Made by a program: the position numbers and the translations under genes. Under the pieces are notes generated by a model, which made no database searches, was not told where the DNA came from, and worked only from the letters and a program-made list of their open reading frames with translations. Shown piece after piece: positions 27,422 to 38,745 of a stretch of DNA of 64,000 bases. The stretch comes from Mobula hypostoma. Its lineage: Eukaryota. The stretch is taken from the NCBI RefSeq assembly GCF_963921235.1, contig NC_086108.1:69256001-69320000 (forward strand). Direction: 5' to 3'. Positions within the stretch are counted from its first letter, which is position 1. Each line of letters begins with the position of its first letter.

Positions 27422-28750
27422 TCTATATACTACTAAAACTCTCATGCTCTGTTTGTCTGTTTGTGACCTCCATTTAGAGCAAACAGTGCATTACAGCGGC
27501 ACTACTTTTGGCTAAATCGGCTTAAAATGCGCTAACTTACAGAATGCTGGCAAAGTTCAGGGTTATATATTCGTGCTCACTCACCAAAATCAACAGCCCC
27601 GCTTTCACCTGAGAGCCGATGTCAGCCATGACAGAAACCGCAACGCAACACCACGATGCATGCGCACGGCCAGCCTCAGCAGCACCTCACGATGCTCACG
27701 GCAGCGACACCAACCACAGCAAAAGGGCAAGGCAGCTCTATTTCGAGCGGTCACATTCTGCTAATCACCATCAGCATTGTGCAGGATTGGGACAGATCAA
27801 ACTGCGACCCATCAATAAGAGATAATTAAATCTTATTGTAATGACATACTTTGAGACAGGCATCAAACCCTTTGCTGCAGAAAGGACAGCGGTGACTATA
27901 TTACGTCCATTTCAGAGAGCGCCAACCACATCATCAAGAATAATCAGCATCCTGGAGGCTTTGGTGTTACTGCTTCGTATCTTCTATCCAGCATTAGGGT
28001 AAAAAAAATATGGACAGCCAAATTATGCCACGTGGAAAGAGAATGAGAAGGGGGACATTATGGTCAAGAGATGACGCCAAACGTCGTCGGGAAGCAACAA
28101 GGAGAGGGAGAGAACAAGAATCGGATGACGCCAGGGCCACACGACTCCACGATCAAAGAGTCAGGACAAAAAAGATGAGAGAAGAAGAGACAGAGGAGGA
28201 GAGGCATGCACGTCTCCAAAATGACAACAGCAGGCACAGAAGGAGGAGAGACAAAGAGGCAAAGGAGCTGAGAAATGCACGTCTCCAGGATCAGAGACAA
28301 ACAGCAAACAGCAGAATAGCTGAAGAGACGGAGGATGAAAGGACTGCACGTCTCCAGAATGACAAAAACAGGCACAGAAGGAGGAGAGAGGAAGAGACAA
28401 AGGAGCTGAGAAATGCACGTCTACAGGATCAGAGACAAAGAATAAACAGCAGAAGAGATGAAGAGATGTCGGATGAAAGGACTGCACGTCTACAGAATGA
28501 CAACGAGAGGCACAAGGGTGGCAGATCAACCAGAAATTATGCCATCAAAAGTGTCCTTCTTTAAATGAGGAGGAGCTATATTTGCCTTGCTACACATCAT
28601 TCTTCTTTAATAAACTGAGGTTTTCTTCTTCAATTTCCAAAGCAAAGCGATACCAGTAGCATTCAGGAAAATTTAATGTTCATTCTGGTCACATCAGACT
28701 GCACTACCCTTCTCTCAAAGGGTGCCCCATCGGGTCACCCCATTGTCTAG
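27422..28750 (+). mobile_element. Non-autonomous Helitron
   Basis: 5' a|TCTATATAC, 3' CTAG|t, subterminal hairpin GGGTGCCCC-ATC-GGGTCACCC (28720-28740). Inserted between A and T with no TSD. Confidence 0.88.
28010..28564 (+). CDS. Helitron-borne ORF with six 23-aa STPR-like repeats
   Basis: Repeats such as ETEEERHARLQNDNSRHRRRRDK at 69-nt period (28118-28531). Uninterrupted 184 aa; AATAAA at 28609. Confidence 0.7.
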   Translation: MDSQIMPRGKRMRRGTLWSRDDAKRRREATRRGREQESDDARATRLHDQRVRTKKMREEETEEERHARLQNDNSRHRRRRDKEAKELRNARLQDQRQTANSRIAEETEDERTARLQNDKNRHRRRREEETKELRNARLQDQRQRINSRRDEEMSDERTARLQNDNERHKGGRSTRNYAIKSVLL

Positions 28751-29649
28751 TATACAATGAAATCTAATACATTCGACAGAGTAGGCACAGTGAAATTAAA
28801 ATGTTTCATTCTTGACATTCTTCAGCCAGGCCATTTTCTTCTGGGGACCAAAGGAAAGGATACACTGTCTGTGAAATTGGCTGCCCTAATAAAGGAGGGT
28901 TTTTCTGTTTGCAATGAGCAAAGTGTTGCCTCCTATCTTTCCTTAGTAATTGCTGCTGCTCAGCCTGGCCTCAGTCCTCTTCTCAATTTTCTCCAGAACA
29001 AGTGAAAATCATAGAAATATACTTATGATCAACCAGTGACTTAGTCCTGACAAGATGGGGAAGAACTGTAATACTCCGCACCTTTTAAGTGATCATTAAA
29101 AGGCTTTTTAAGTGGTGCTTTAGTAAGTCTCCAAATTGTAGTATCTAGCAAGAACATAACTCCTTTATCAGGCATTCCCTCACACTGAGCGCAGATTAAA
29201 CAACTGCTTTTCCTCAAGATCCCACCTTGATTCCCTCAGCAGGTAATTGCAACGGACCGTAAAGCTTGAAATTGCTCCCAAAGAATTATTAGTCCTTAAA
29301 ACTTCAACATCTGGAGGAAGAGCTTTGTACATTAATGTTATGTAATCAACATTATTGTGCAGATGTAACTGTGAATCCACTGTTATCTGAAATTGTATAA
29401 ATGTGGCATTGGACGGGAGAAGCGTTGGAGACAACACTCTGCTCATTGCAAATGGAAAAGCCCTCCGCTTGTGGACCTCCTTTATTAGGTCCACCAGTAT
29501 AGGCAGTGTATCCTTTCCCTTAATCCCTGATCCATCTCACAACGTGCCATCACATTCCAATTAAGGCACCCTGGGTATGAGCCCCAGGTGGAATAAGGAA
29601 AATGTGCTTTTTTACTCTCCCTTAACTAATTAGTGGGTGGTAATGCTAT

Positions 29650-29862
29650 AACAGGGCCGGCTGGGAGTGGAATGACATCCGTACCAGTCTTTGAGGTGAG
29701 TGGCCCCGGTTTGAATCTGGCCGGCTCCTTGCATGCTTTCTACCCGTGCGGAGCTGAGCATCAAGTTAGCAACGTGGCCTCATAAAAAAACAGACAAGTA
29801 CTAAGGAAACAGTAAAGGTTGCCACCTGATGCACCACAAGGCACAGAGAGGAATAACAACAA
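29650..29862 (+). mobile_element. Probable tRNA-derived SINE
   Basis: B-box-like ggtttgaatct and an (aac)n tail. Confidence 0.5.
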
Positions 29863-30275
29863 TGTTAAGTATTGTCAGCAGAAGCAGCCTTAAAAAAGGC
29901 CATCCTTAAGCAAACAAAACCAATGAATTTCTTCTCAATTGCAGCCACAGGTATAACAATAATTAGTTTTCTTAGTAAAATGCTCATAACTAGATTTAAC
30001 TCTGTTGGCACATAATTCCTTACTTCTCATAGCAAAGTGTTCAATTCATCTACATACAATGAAACAGGATCATTTTGTTCTTACTGAAATTGCATAATTT
30101 GTGTTGACCAGATTTTCTTTTGGTACCTTTGTTGATTTTTAATCGTTAATATTCTGTTTTACCTGTGGTCCTTTAGATTAGATTAGATTCAACTTTATTG
30201 TCATTGTGCCGAGTACAGATACAAAGCCAATGAAATGCAGTTAGCATCTGACCGGAAATGCAAAGAATAGTGTTA

Positions 30276-31011
30276 CAGTCGGCGCTCCTTATCTGCGAGG
30301 GATTGGTTCTGAGACCCCCCACGGATACCAAAAAACACGGATGCTCAAGTCCCTTATTTAACCTCTCATTGTGGATGGACTTTAGGATCCAGGGCAGCAC
30401 AGGACCCGCCGCCCTCAGTGTTTCTGATCCATTGACTTATAATACCTAACACAATGTAAATGCTATGTAAATAGTTGTTATACTGTATTGTTTAGGGAAT
30501 AATGACAAGAAAAAAAGTCTGTACATGTTCAGTACAGACACAACCATCGTAGCTCTTCTGGGAACGCTGATACTGCCTCGGCATCAGCCGATGTTGATTC
30601 TCCTGGTGATCTTTAAGTTCTTGAGGCTGTAGCGCTTTACATAGCCAGCCAGCCATCCCTGGCACTAATACTTCCATGAATTTCAGCTTCTTTCTGCTTT
30701 ATTGTGCGAATGCTTGATTTGTATGGCTCACTTCGGAATGTGACATGCCACTTTTCAAAAAAAATCTAATATTTCTAATTTCTCGGCAAGAGAGAGCACT
30801 TCACCTTCCCTCTTAGCCTTTGAGGAATTGCTTTGACCAGGTAATTGCTTTTTAGGAGCCATTTTTTCACAGAAACAAAGTAGCAAATGAACGAGACGCA
30901 AGGCGAACAATGCTCGAACAATGAGTGCTGGAGAGAGAACTTCCAGATTTTCCTGATTCACGGTTGGTTGAATTCGTGCATGCGGAACTCACGGATAAGG
31001 AGGACCGACTG
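30276..31011 (-). mobile_element. Internally deleted pogo/Tigger-like DNA transposon
   Basis: TIRs cagtcggcgctccttatctgcgag and ctcacggataaggaggaccgactg, TA TSD, N-terminal MAPKKQ...LSLAEKLEILD. Inserted in a LINE 3' end (about 30175-31120). Confidence 0.85.
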
Positions 31012-31479
31012 TATTTACAAAATAACTGCGAATAAAAAGTAAGTGCTACAGCACACAAATATAAAAGTACTGAGACAGTACAATATAGGTGCAATACTGC
31101 TTAGCGCTGTGATGTGATGTGAGGTAAATGTTTAGGATTTATTTCTGCAATTTTTTTCAGTGCTTCAATAAAAATCAAGATTAACAAGTGCTGTTCTTCA
31201 TTTGCACTTTTCTGTATTAATAATTCCATATCTTTTGAGCCATCTACCTTTATCTTGAAAGGTACTTGGCTTACTTGCTTCATAGAGTTAGCATTAATCT
31301 TATGATATTCAGTTTTGCTTGACCAGCTAAAATTTGAGTGAATGAATTAAGTCTGCCCAATGGGCTCTGTCAGATAACAATTATACTCATCTCAAGTCAG
31401 CAGAGTATTCTTTATGCAAGAGAATGACAATTTCATTGTTTTGTACATGGCACAAGGAAGCAGTTTATTCAGTTATAAT

Positions 31480-33440
31480 AGAATCAGAAATTGGAAGAGG
31501 AATAGACCATCTGGTCCATTGAGCCTACTCCACTATTCAATAATATCATGGCTGATCTGGCCTTTCACTCAGCCCCACCTTCCTGCCTTTTCTCCATACC
31601 CATTAATTCCCCAACAATGCAAAACATCTAATTTACTGTGTCTTAAATATATTTAATGAGGTAGCCTCTATTGTGGACAGAGAGTTCCACAGATTCACTA
31701 CTCTGGGAAAATCAGTTCCTTCTTAACTCTGTCTTAAATCTACCCCCCCCCCCAAAATGAAGATATGACGCCTAGTTCTAGTCTCACATACCAATGGAAA
31801 CAACTTTCCTGTCTCTATCTTATCTATCACTTTCATAATTTTGTATGTTTAGAAACATAGAAACATAGAAAATAGGTGCAGGAGTAGGTCATTCGGCCCT
31901 TCGAGCCTGCACTGCCATTCAGTATGATCATGGCTGATCATCCAACTCAGAACCCTGTACCGGCCTTCTCTCCATACCCCCTGATCCCTTTAGCCACAAG
32001 GGCCATATCTAACTCCCTCTTAAATATAGCCAATGAACTGGCCTCAACTGTTTCCTGTGGCAGAGAATTTCACAGATTCACCACTCTCTGTGTTTCTATA
32101 TGATCCTCTCTCATTCCTCTGAATTCCAGCAATTTTAGTCCCAGATTACTCAATCTCTACTTGTAGGCTAACTCCAGATTTCTGAATGAACCTGGTTAAT
32201 CTCTGCACTACCTCCAAAGCTAATACTGTATATTTTTTCTTAACCAATCCGCTATTCATGCTAATACATTACCCCTAACTACGCGCATCCTTGTCTTATG
32301 AATATGTCTTCTATGCGACATCTTATCAAACACCAGCTGGAAATTCAAGTGTACAAAATCTACCTGTTGCCTTCTATCCACTGAGCTCATTATATTGTGG
32401 GGGAATCTAGGACAAGAGGGCACAGCCTCAGAATACATGGATATCCCTTTAAAACTGACAGAGGAGAAACTTATTTTGCCAGAGGATGGTGAATCCGTGG
32501 AATTCAATATCACAGACAGCTGTGGAGGCCAAGTAATCGAGTGTACTGAAAACTGAGGTTGATAGGTTCTTGATTAGTAAGGTCATCAAAGGTTACAGAG
32601 AAAAGGCAGGACAATGGAGTTGAGCAGGATAATAAATCAGCTCTGATAGAATGGCAGAGCAGACTCAATGACCGAATAGCCTAATTCTGTCCCGAGGTCT
32701 TATGATCTGTTCTCAAAAAGCTTGTTATTTTGTCAAACAGGACCTGCCTTTCCTGAATCCATGCTACATTTGCCTGATGGAACCTTTTTTATCCAGAAGT
32801 TTTGCTATTTCTTTCATAATATTAGCTTAGAGCATTTACTCAACTACAGATGCTTAGCTAATTGGCCTATAGTTATCTAACTTTTGCCTACATTCTCTTT
32901 TAAATGTAATATTTGCTGCTTTCCAATTTGCCAGGGCTTACCCAGAATCCAGAGAATTTTGGTAAATTATCTTCTATAACTTCTGCCATTTCTTTCAGTT
33001 CTAGGGATTCCATCAGGACCAGGGACCAGTACCTTTAGGCTCAGCTCCTTAGTGATAACAACTGTATCAAGGTCCTTACCACCTATCACATTCATAACAT
33101 CTATGTACATTTGGCATGTCAGAAGCAATCTTTACTGTGAAGACTGAAACAAGATAATCGTTCAAATCCTCGGCCTTTTCGGCATTAACCAATATACTTC
33201 AGCCACCATGTCCCTGCTGGTCTCATCTTTGAAGGGACTTGTGCTCACTTTAACCTCCCATGTCTGCCTTATATAATAAAAATTTTTACAATCTGTTGTT
33301 ATATTTTTGCTAGAGTACTTTCAAAATCTATCTTCCCTTTATTGCTTTCTTAGTGGTTCTTTATTGCTTTTTAAAATGTTCCCAATCTTCGTTTTCCACT
33401 ACTCTTAGCAACTTTCATGAGCTTTCAGTTTGATGCCTTC
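31480..33440 (-). mobile_element. Nested CR1-type LINE fragments (includes a younger insert at ~31850-32090 and a + strand piece at ~32395-32710)
   Basis: CR1 3' ends with (aaacatag)n tails and RT remnants (VDFVHLNFQLVFDKM). Confidence 0.75.
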
Positions 33441-33449
33441 CTTTATTTT

Positions 33450-34115
33450 TAGATTAGATTATGAGGACACTGAGTTCTCGTTTATTTTCATTTAGAAATG
33501 CATGCATTAAGAAATGATACAATGTTCCTCCAGAGTGATATCACAAAAAAAAAGGACAAACTAAAGACTAACACTGACAAGACCACATAATTATAACATA
33601 TAGTTACAGCAATGCAAAGCAATAGTGTAATTTGATAAAGAGCAGACCATGGGCACGGTAAAAAAAAGTCTCAAAGTTCCGATAGTCCCGATAGCAGGTG
33701 GCAGAAGGGAGAAACTCTCCCTGCCATAAACCTCTAGGCGCCGACAACTGCTGATGCATTGGAAGCACCCGACCACAGCCGACTCTGGGTCCGTCCGAAA
33801 ACTTCGAGCCTCCAACCAGCTCCTCCAATACAGCCTCCCAAGCACCATCCTCTGCCGAGCGCTTCGACCCCACCCCGGCCGCCAAGCAACAAGCAAAGCT
33901 GAGGAATCGGGGCCTTCTGCTCCGGAGATTCTGGATCACACAGTAGCAGCGGCAGTGAAGAAGGCATTTCAGAAGTTTCACCAGATGTTCCTCCATGCTC
34001 TCACGACCGTCTCCATCAAATCAGGATTGTGCACGGCAACCTACTTGACAGATTACAGACATCATTCACCGGAGTGGCTGCTGCACGCTGCGTCGCACCG
34101 CCATCTTCTCCTCCT
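33450..34115 (-). mobile_element. ~0.65-kb non-autonomous retroelement
   Basis: CpG-rich; 5' end ggagaagatggcgg; 3' (aatct)n tail. Confidence 0.65.
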
Positions 34116-34439
34116 CCATCACGTTATCCAAGGGATGGCTCTTCCTACCCTTAAATGTCCTTGCTTCTAATGAGAATATACATTTGTTGAACACTGAAAA
34201 CTCACTTGGAAAGACTTCAGTCTTCACAGAAAATCCTCCTTCATCCCACTGTAGTCTCCCTTGTTTAGGTAAAATGCACTGGTTTTAGATTGAACTATTG
34301 TAATTGAAATTCAGTTTATACTGTGGTCACTCTTTCCAAGAGGATCCTGAATTAGGAGATTGTTAATTTTACTTGTCTCATTGCACAGGACAAGATCTAC
34401 AAGAGTCCAAAGGGTCCTTTTTAGTTTTCAAACTCCAGG

Positions 34440-35160
34440 GAGTGTTACAATACAGAAATGGACTCTTCAGCCCATCTGTACCAACTCTTTCACTGGTACT
34501 TGGCTTGTAGCCTTCTGTGCTTTGGTGACTCAAATACTCACCCAGATTTAAACCAAAAACTTAAATATTGTGAGAATACCTGCCTCCACCACCCACTCAA
34601 GTTGTGCATTCTGGATTCCAACCACTTTCTGGGTGATAGAAATTCTTCATTAGATCCCCGGTGAACCTCTTACCCTTGCACCCAAAACTTAAGCCCTTTA
34701 CTTATTGACACTTTTGCTGTGGGGTAAAAATTTCTGTTAATTGCTCACCCAATCTCCAAGCATCTCCCACTCCAAGGAAAACAAACACAACCCATACAAT
34801 CCTTCCTCATAACTACAACGTTATATCCCAGACAACATCCTGATGTATCTCCTCTGCACCCTTTCCAATGCAATCACTGCCTTCCTATCACTGGGCAAAC
34901 AGAACTGCATACAATACTTCAGCCCAACCAATGTTTTACAAAGTTGTACTATGATCCCCATGCTTATATGCCATGCCCTGCCTAATGAAGGGAAGAAATT
35001 TTTAAGCCTTCACCATCTAGCTACTTGTGCTGCACAAATAAATAAGGGGATAGATAGGCATGCACCATGGTCCCTCTGTTCCTCATATCCCACGATTAAT
35101 TGTGTACTGCATGTTCCATTCTTATTAGACTTGCCAAAATGCACCATCTTGCACTTCAAT
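34440..35160 (-). mobile_element. Decayed CR1-type LINE
   Basis: Homologous to the 17440-18250 segment. Confidence 0.7.
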
Positions 35161-35359
35161 TCCTTTCTTGCGTTTATTTAGTTTACACACAAATGTATCT
35201 ATTTTAAGTCTTAACTATAAAAGATAGCATTTTCTACTCTAACCAATTTTTGCCGAAGTCCTAAGGTGTGCAGATACAAGTGCAAATATATACAACATAA
35301 TAGTTACATTATCGTTTTTATAAAAGCTCTCACGGCACACTTTGCATTTTTACCTGAAG

Positions 35360-35399
35360 GAAGAAAAACACTAAGTGTATTGAGTGTTTCATGATAGAT
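35360..35399 (+). CDS. Exon D: candidate 40-nt juxtamembrane micro-exon
   Basis: tttgcatttttacctgaag acceptor (weak AAG) and perfect gtaagt donor. Phase 2 to 0 exactly bridges exons C and E. Reads KKNTKCIECFMID. Confidence 0.6.
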
Positions 35400-35689
35400 G
35401 TAAGTTCAGTGCTGGTGTTATTTTGGTGCATTATATTAGCATTTTCTCCAGCATTTCTACCCTTTTATAATACCGAAACCAAAGATGGAAAAATTGGATA
35501 ACACCTGATATCAGCATGGAGATTGTAATGAACAGGTATAGATATATGGTGCCTGTTCAACCATATAAACTGCCTTTCTATTTGGGCTCCTTCAGTAGCC
35601 AAAAGGAGATAACAGGGTGACTGTAGTGAGAGAAGAGATGGTAGATAATGTTTGCACCTTCTGCATCTTGTAAATCAAAGGACATTGTG

Positions 35690-36700
35690 TGCTTAGCCCT
35701 ATACTCTACTCACTTTATACTTATGACTATGAGGCTAAGCGCAGCTCCAATGCCAAATTTAAGTTTGGCAAACGACACCACTGTTGTTGACTGGATGACA
35801 AATCAGCATATAGAAGGGGGGCTGAAAATCTCGCTGAGCGGTGCCACAGCAACTGCCTCGTACACAATGTCAGCAGGACCAAGGAGATGACTGTTGACTT
35901 CAGGAGGGGGAAACCAGAGGTCCATGAGCCAGTCCTCATCAGGATCAGAAGTGGAGAGGGTCAGCAACTTTAAATTCCTCTGTGTTACCATTTCAGGGAA
36001 TCTGTCCTGGATTCATCATGTAAGTGCTATTACAAAGAAAGCTCAGCAGTGCCTCTACTTTCTTAAAAGTTTGCGAAGATTCAACATGTCATCTAAAACT
36101 TCGACAAAATTCTATAGATGTGTTGTGGATATTGACTTGTTGTGTCATGGCTTGATATGGAAATTCCAATGTTCTTGCATGGAAAAGCCTACACAAAGTA
36201 GTAGATAAGGCCCAGTCCATCGCGGGTAAAGCCCTCCCCACCATTGAGCATATCTATACAGTGCTGTCACAAGAAAGCAGCATCCATTATCAAGGACCCC
36301 ACCATCCAAGCCATGCTCTCCTCGCTCTTGCAATCAGAAAGAAGTTCTAGGTGCCTCAGAATCCACACCAGCAGTTTCAGGAACAGTTACTACCCTTCAA
36401 CCATCAGGTTCTTGAACCAGAGAGAATAACTTCACTTGCCCCATCACTGAATTTTTCCCACAATCTAAAGATTCCCCTTCAAGGACTCTTCATCTAATGT
36501 TCTCAATATTGTTATTTAATTTCTTTTTTTCTTCTCTTTTTATATTTGCACATTTTTTTGCATATTGGTTGTTGTCTGCCTGGTTTAGTGTGGTCTCTCA
36601 TTGATTCTGTTATGTTTCTCATATTTACTGTGATTGCCCACAAGAAAATGAAACTCAGGATTGTATATGATGAGGTATATGTACTTTGAACTTTGATTAC
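35690..36700 (+). mobile_element. Degenerate Rex1-like LINE 3' part
   Basis: VERVSNFKFL, KKAQQCLYFLKSLRRF, and the shared 3' UTR. Confidence 0.8.
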
Positions 36701-36799
36701 AGGAAGAGGTAGAACTAACTGATGAGATAGAAGAATTGGTATGAGAATACCTAATCAACTTTGATGTTTACGGTCACACTTGTTCCTTCAGTCTCTGTC

Positions 36800-37500
36800 A
36801 TGGCTGCTCTCATTATGACTATTACTCTCTCCTCTTGGAGGTCAGATGATACAGTTAGTTATATATGTCCCCTCTTGGCTTCTTGGAATCAGCTACAGTA
36901 CATGCCATTTTGACCTGAATGAGAGAGTGAAAGGCACTTGTTTACATCTTGCATCGTCTTTGGATGATGTAGCTGTTGTGATCAGTGTTGTTCATGTTGT
37001 GTGCAAGCTTCTTTATGTGATATGAGGGTTGTGGTAATAGTAATTAAATGTGCAGAGACTTGTGGCTGTTAAGTCCCACCTGCGATTGTTAGGAAATTAT
37101 TCATAGTTGATTGATGAGCGTGTGGTCTATTGAACAAATTTTTGACGGGACAAGGGATTTGAAGATGAGTTCACAGATTTTGTTCATGATCATTGAACAA
37201 TTTTGTGCCCCTGCATCTTTGACCCTTGGGGTTGCACAATCATAAAGATGGATGCGGAGATAAATGTTAAGGTAGTGGAGGTGCACCTTCTCTCTAGCAA
37301 GACTTCTATTGCTAAGTCACAGCCATTTGTGGATATATCTTTTTCATGTGTAATGCTCCTTTTTATAGCTAATAACAGTAACCTGTGGAATGACTTTCCA
37401 TCACACGATGCAGCCATAATCCCCCTCTTCTTTATGATATCAGTGGAACCAAATTTGCTGAAGTTTAATCAGCAATTGATTCACATGCATACGTGTACCC
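36800..37500 (-). mobile_element. Old Penelope-like RT fossil
   Basis: Weak frameshifted resemblance to the LNYxSxHPxxHKxS thumb motif near 36980-37060. Confidence 0.4.
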
Positions 37501-38104
37501 CAGATAGCTGAAGACACATTTCTACGTCAAAGCCCAAAAATTGGAGACAAACTTTACAGGAATAAGGAAAGAATATTGCAAACAGTACATGGTAGAATTT
37601 TGTAAATGTCTCCAGCTAACATCTAGTGATGCCAGAGATTGATTTTTGTTAACCAACATGTTAAAGGATTTGAGGCAAAAGTGAGTATATAGAGTTCTCA
37701 CAGATTAGTTGTCCCATGATTGAGTAGTGGAATAGACTTAGAAGACTCATTTTCTATCACTGTCGTAAGAAGTGGATGAAGACAAACAGGTCTACCAGAA
37801 GAATTGAGGAACTAGAATGAGTACTTAATATCTTGGCTCAACATTAATTGAAACGAAGTAATTAAACATTTTCTTAATGGCAACAGGGTTGCATATGTAT
37901 ATTTAAAATTTGAACAAGCTAGACCTGACACACTTAGTGAGAACACTCATGTTTTAGGTGCTACGAGCAACTGTATTATAATTTTTTCATCTCTTGTTGA
38001 AGAATGCACTCATAATGCAATCACACTAATACAGTTACCTACTGAAAGTTTATACGTGGTTAGCTAAAGTACTGATAATCTGATAAATTGAGGAGAAAAG
38101 GTGG

Positions 38105-38390
38105 GCAGTGACGGTAACATAGCAGTTAACCCAATGCTCTTACAGGTCAGGGCGTTCCAGAGTTCAGAGTTCAATTCCAGCACTGTCTGTAAGGAGTTTG
38201 TAGGTTCTTCCCGTGTAATGGGTGGGTTTTCCCCACATGCTCCGATTTCCTCCCACAGTCCAAAGACGTACCAGTTAGTAAGTTACTTGGTCATTGTAAC
38301 TTGTCCTGTGGGTTAATTGGGTTTGTCAGGGGTTTCTGGGGCAGTGTGGTTCGAAAGGCCAGAAGAGCCTGTATCACTAAATAAGCAAAT
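38105..38390 (+). mobile_element. V-SINE-like (HE1-type) tRNA-derived SINE
   Basis: B-box-like gagttcaattcc and V-domain-like gtgggttttccccacatgctccgatttcctcccacagtccaaagac. Confidence 0.75.
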
Positions 38391-38597
38391 AAATCAAAAG
38401 GATAGCGACCCCCACCCATTATATGTACTGTATCATACCAAGCAGGAAGCTTTGAGCCCCTGACCATCATCAGAAATGCTATGTACAAGGTAATAGAGGA
38501 CCTTGCATTACTAGCAACACAAAGAATTAGAGATATTGAAATAATAAGAGATGATGTCACCATATCTAAACTTTATATTCTCAAATTTTGTTGCCAG

Positions 38598-38745
38598 GAT
38601 GAACAGAAAAATGTTAGGTTTCAAGTTGAAGCAATGCGAAATGACTTTGAAGAAGGCGATAGAAGTCCAAAACAATGTAATGTGAAGTTGAGAGAAAATC
38701 GTGCCTTTACTGATATCACAAAAGCTATCCCCAAATTTTCGTCAG
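38598..38745 (+). CDS. Exon E: cytoplasmic
   Basis: ttttgttgccag acceptor and gtaatt donor; phase 0 to 1. Reads DEQKNVRFQVEAMRNDFEEGDRSPKQCNVKLRENRAFTDITKAIPKFSS. Confidence 0.7.

Noticed and set aside
28064..28529. Minus-strand repetitive Cys/Leu-rich ORFs
   Set aside because: They are antisense shadows of the purine-rich repeat ORF.
28118..28531. CRISPR-like array
   Set aside because: These are contiguous coding tandem repeats with no unique spacers, in a eukaryotic context.
27991..28564. In-frame splicing of the host TM exon onto the Helitron repeat ORF
   Set aside because: The host donor is phase 2, whereas both nearby acceptors (27991, 27997) need phase 0 to reach the ORF frame.
35452..35535. 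Alternative bridging exon (ttctccag...gtata)
   Set aside because: Stop codons occur in all three frames.
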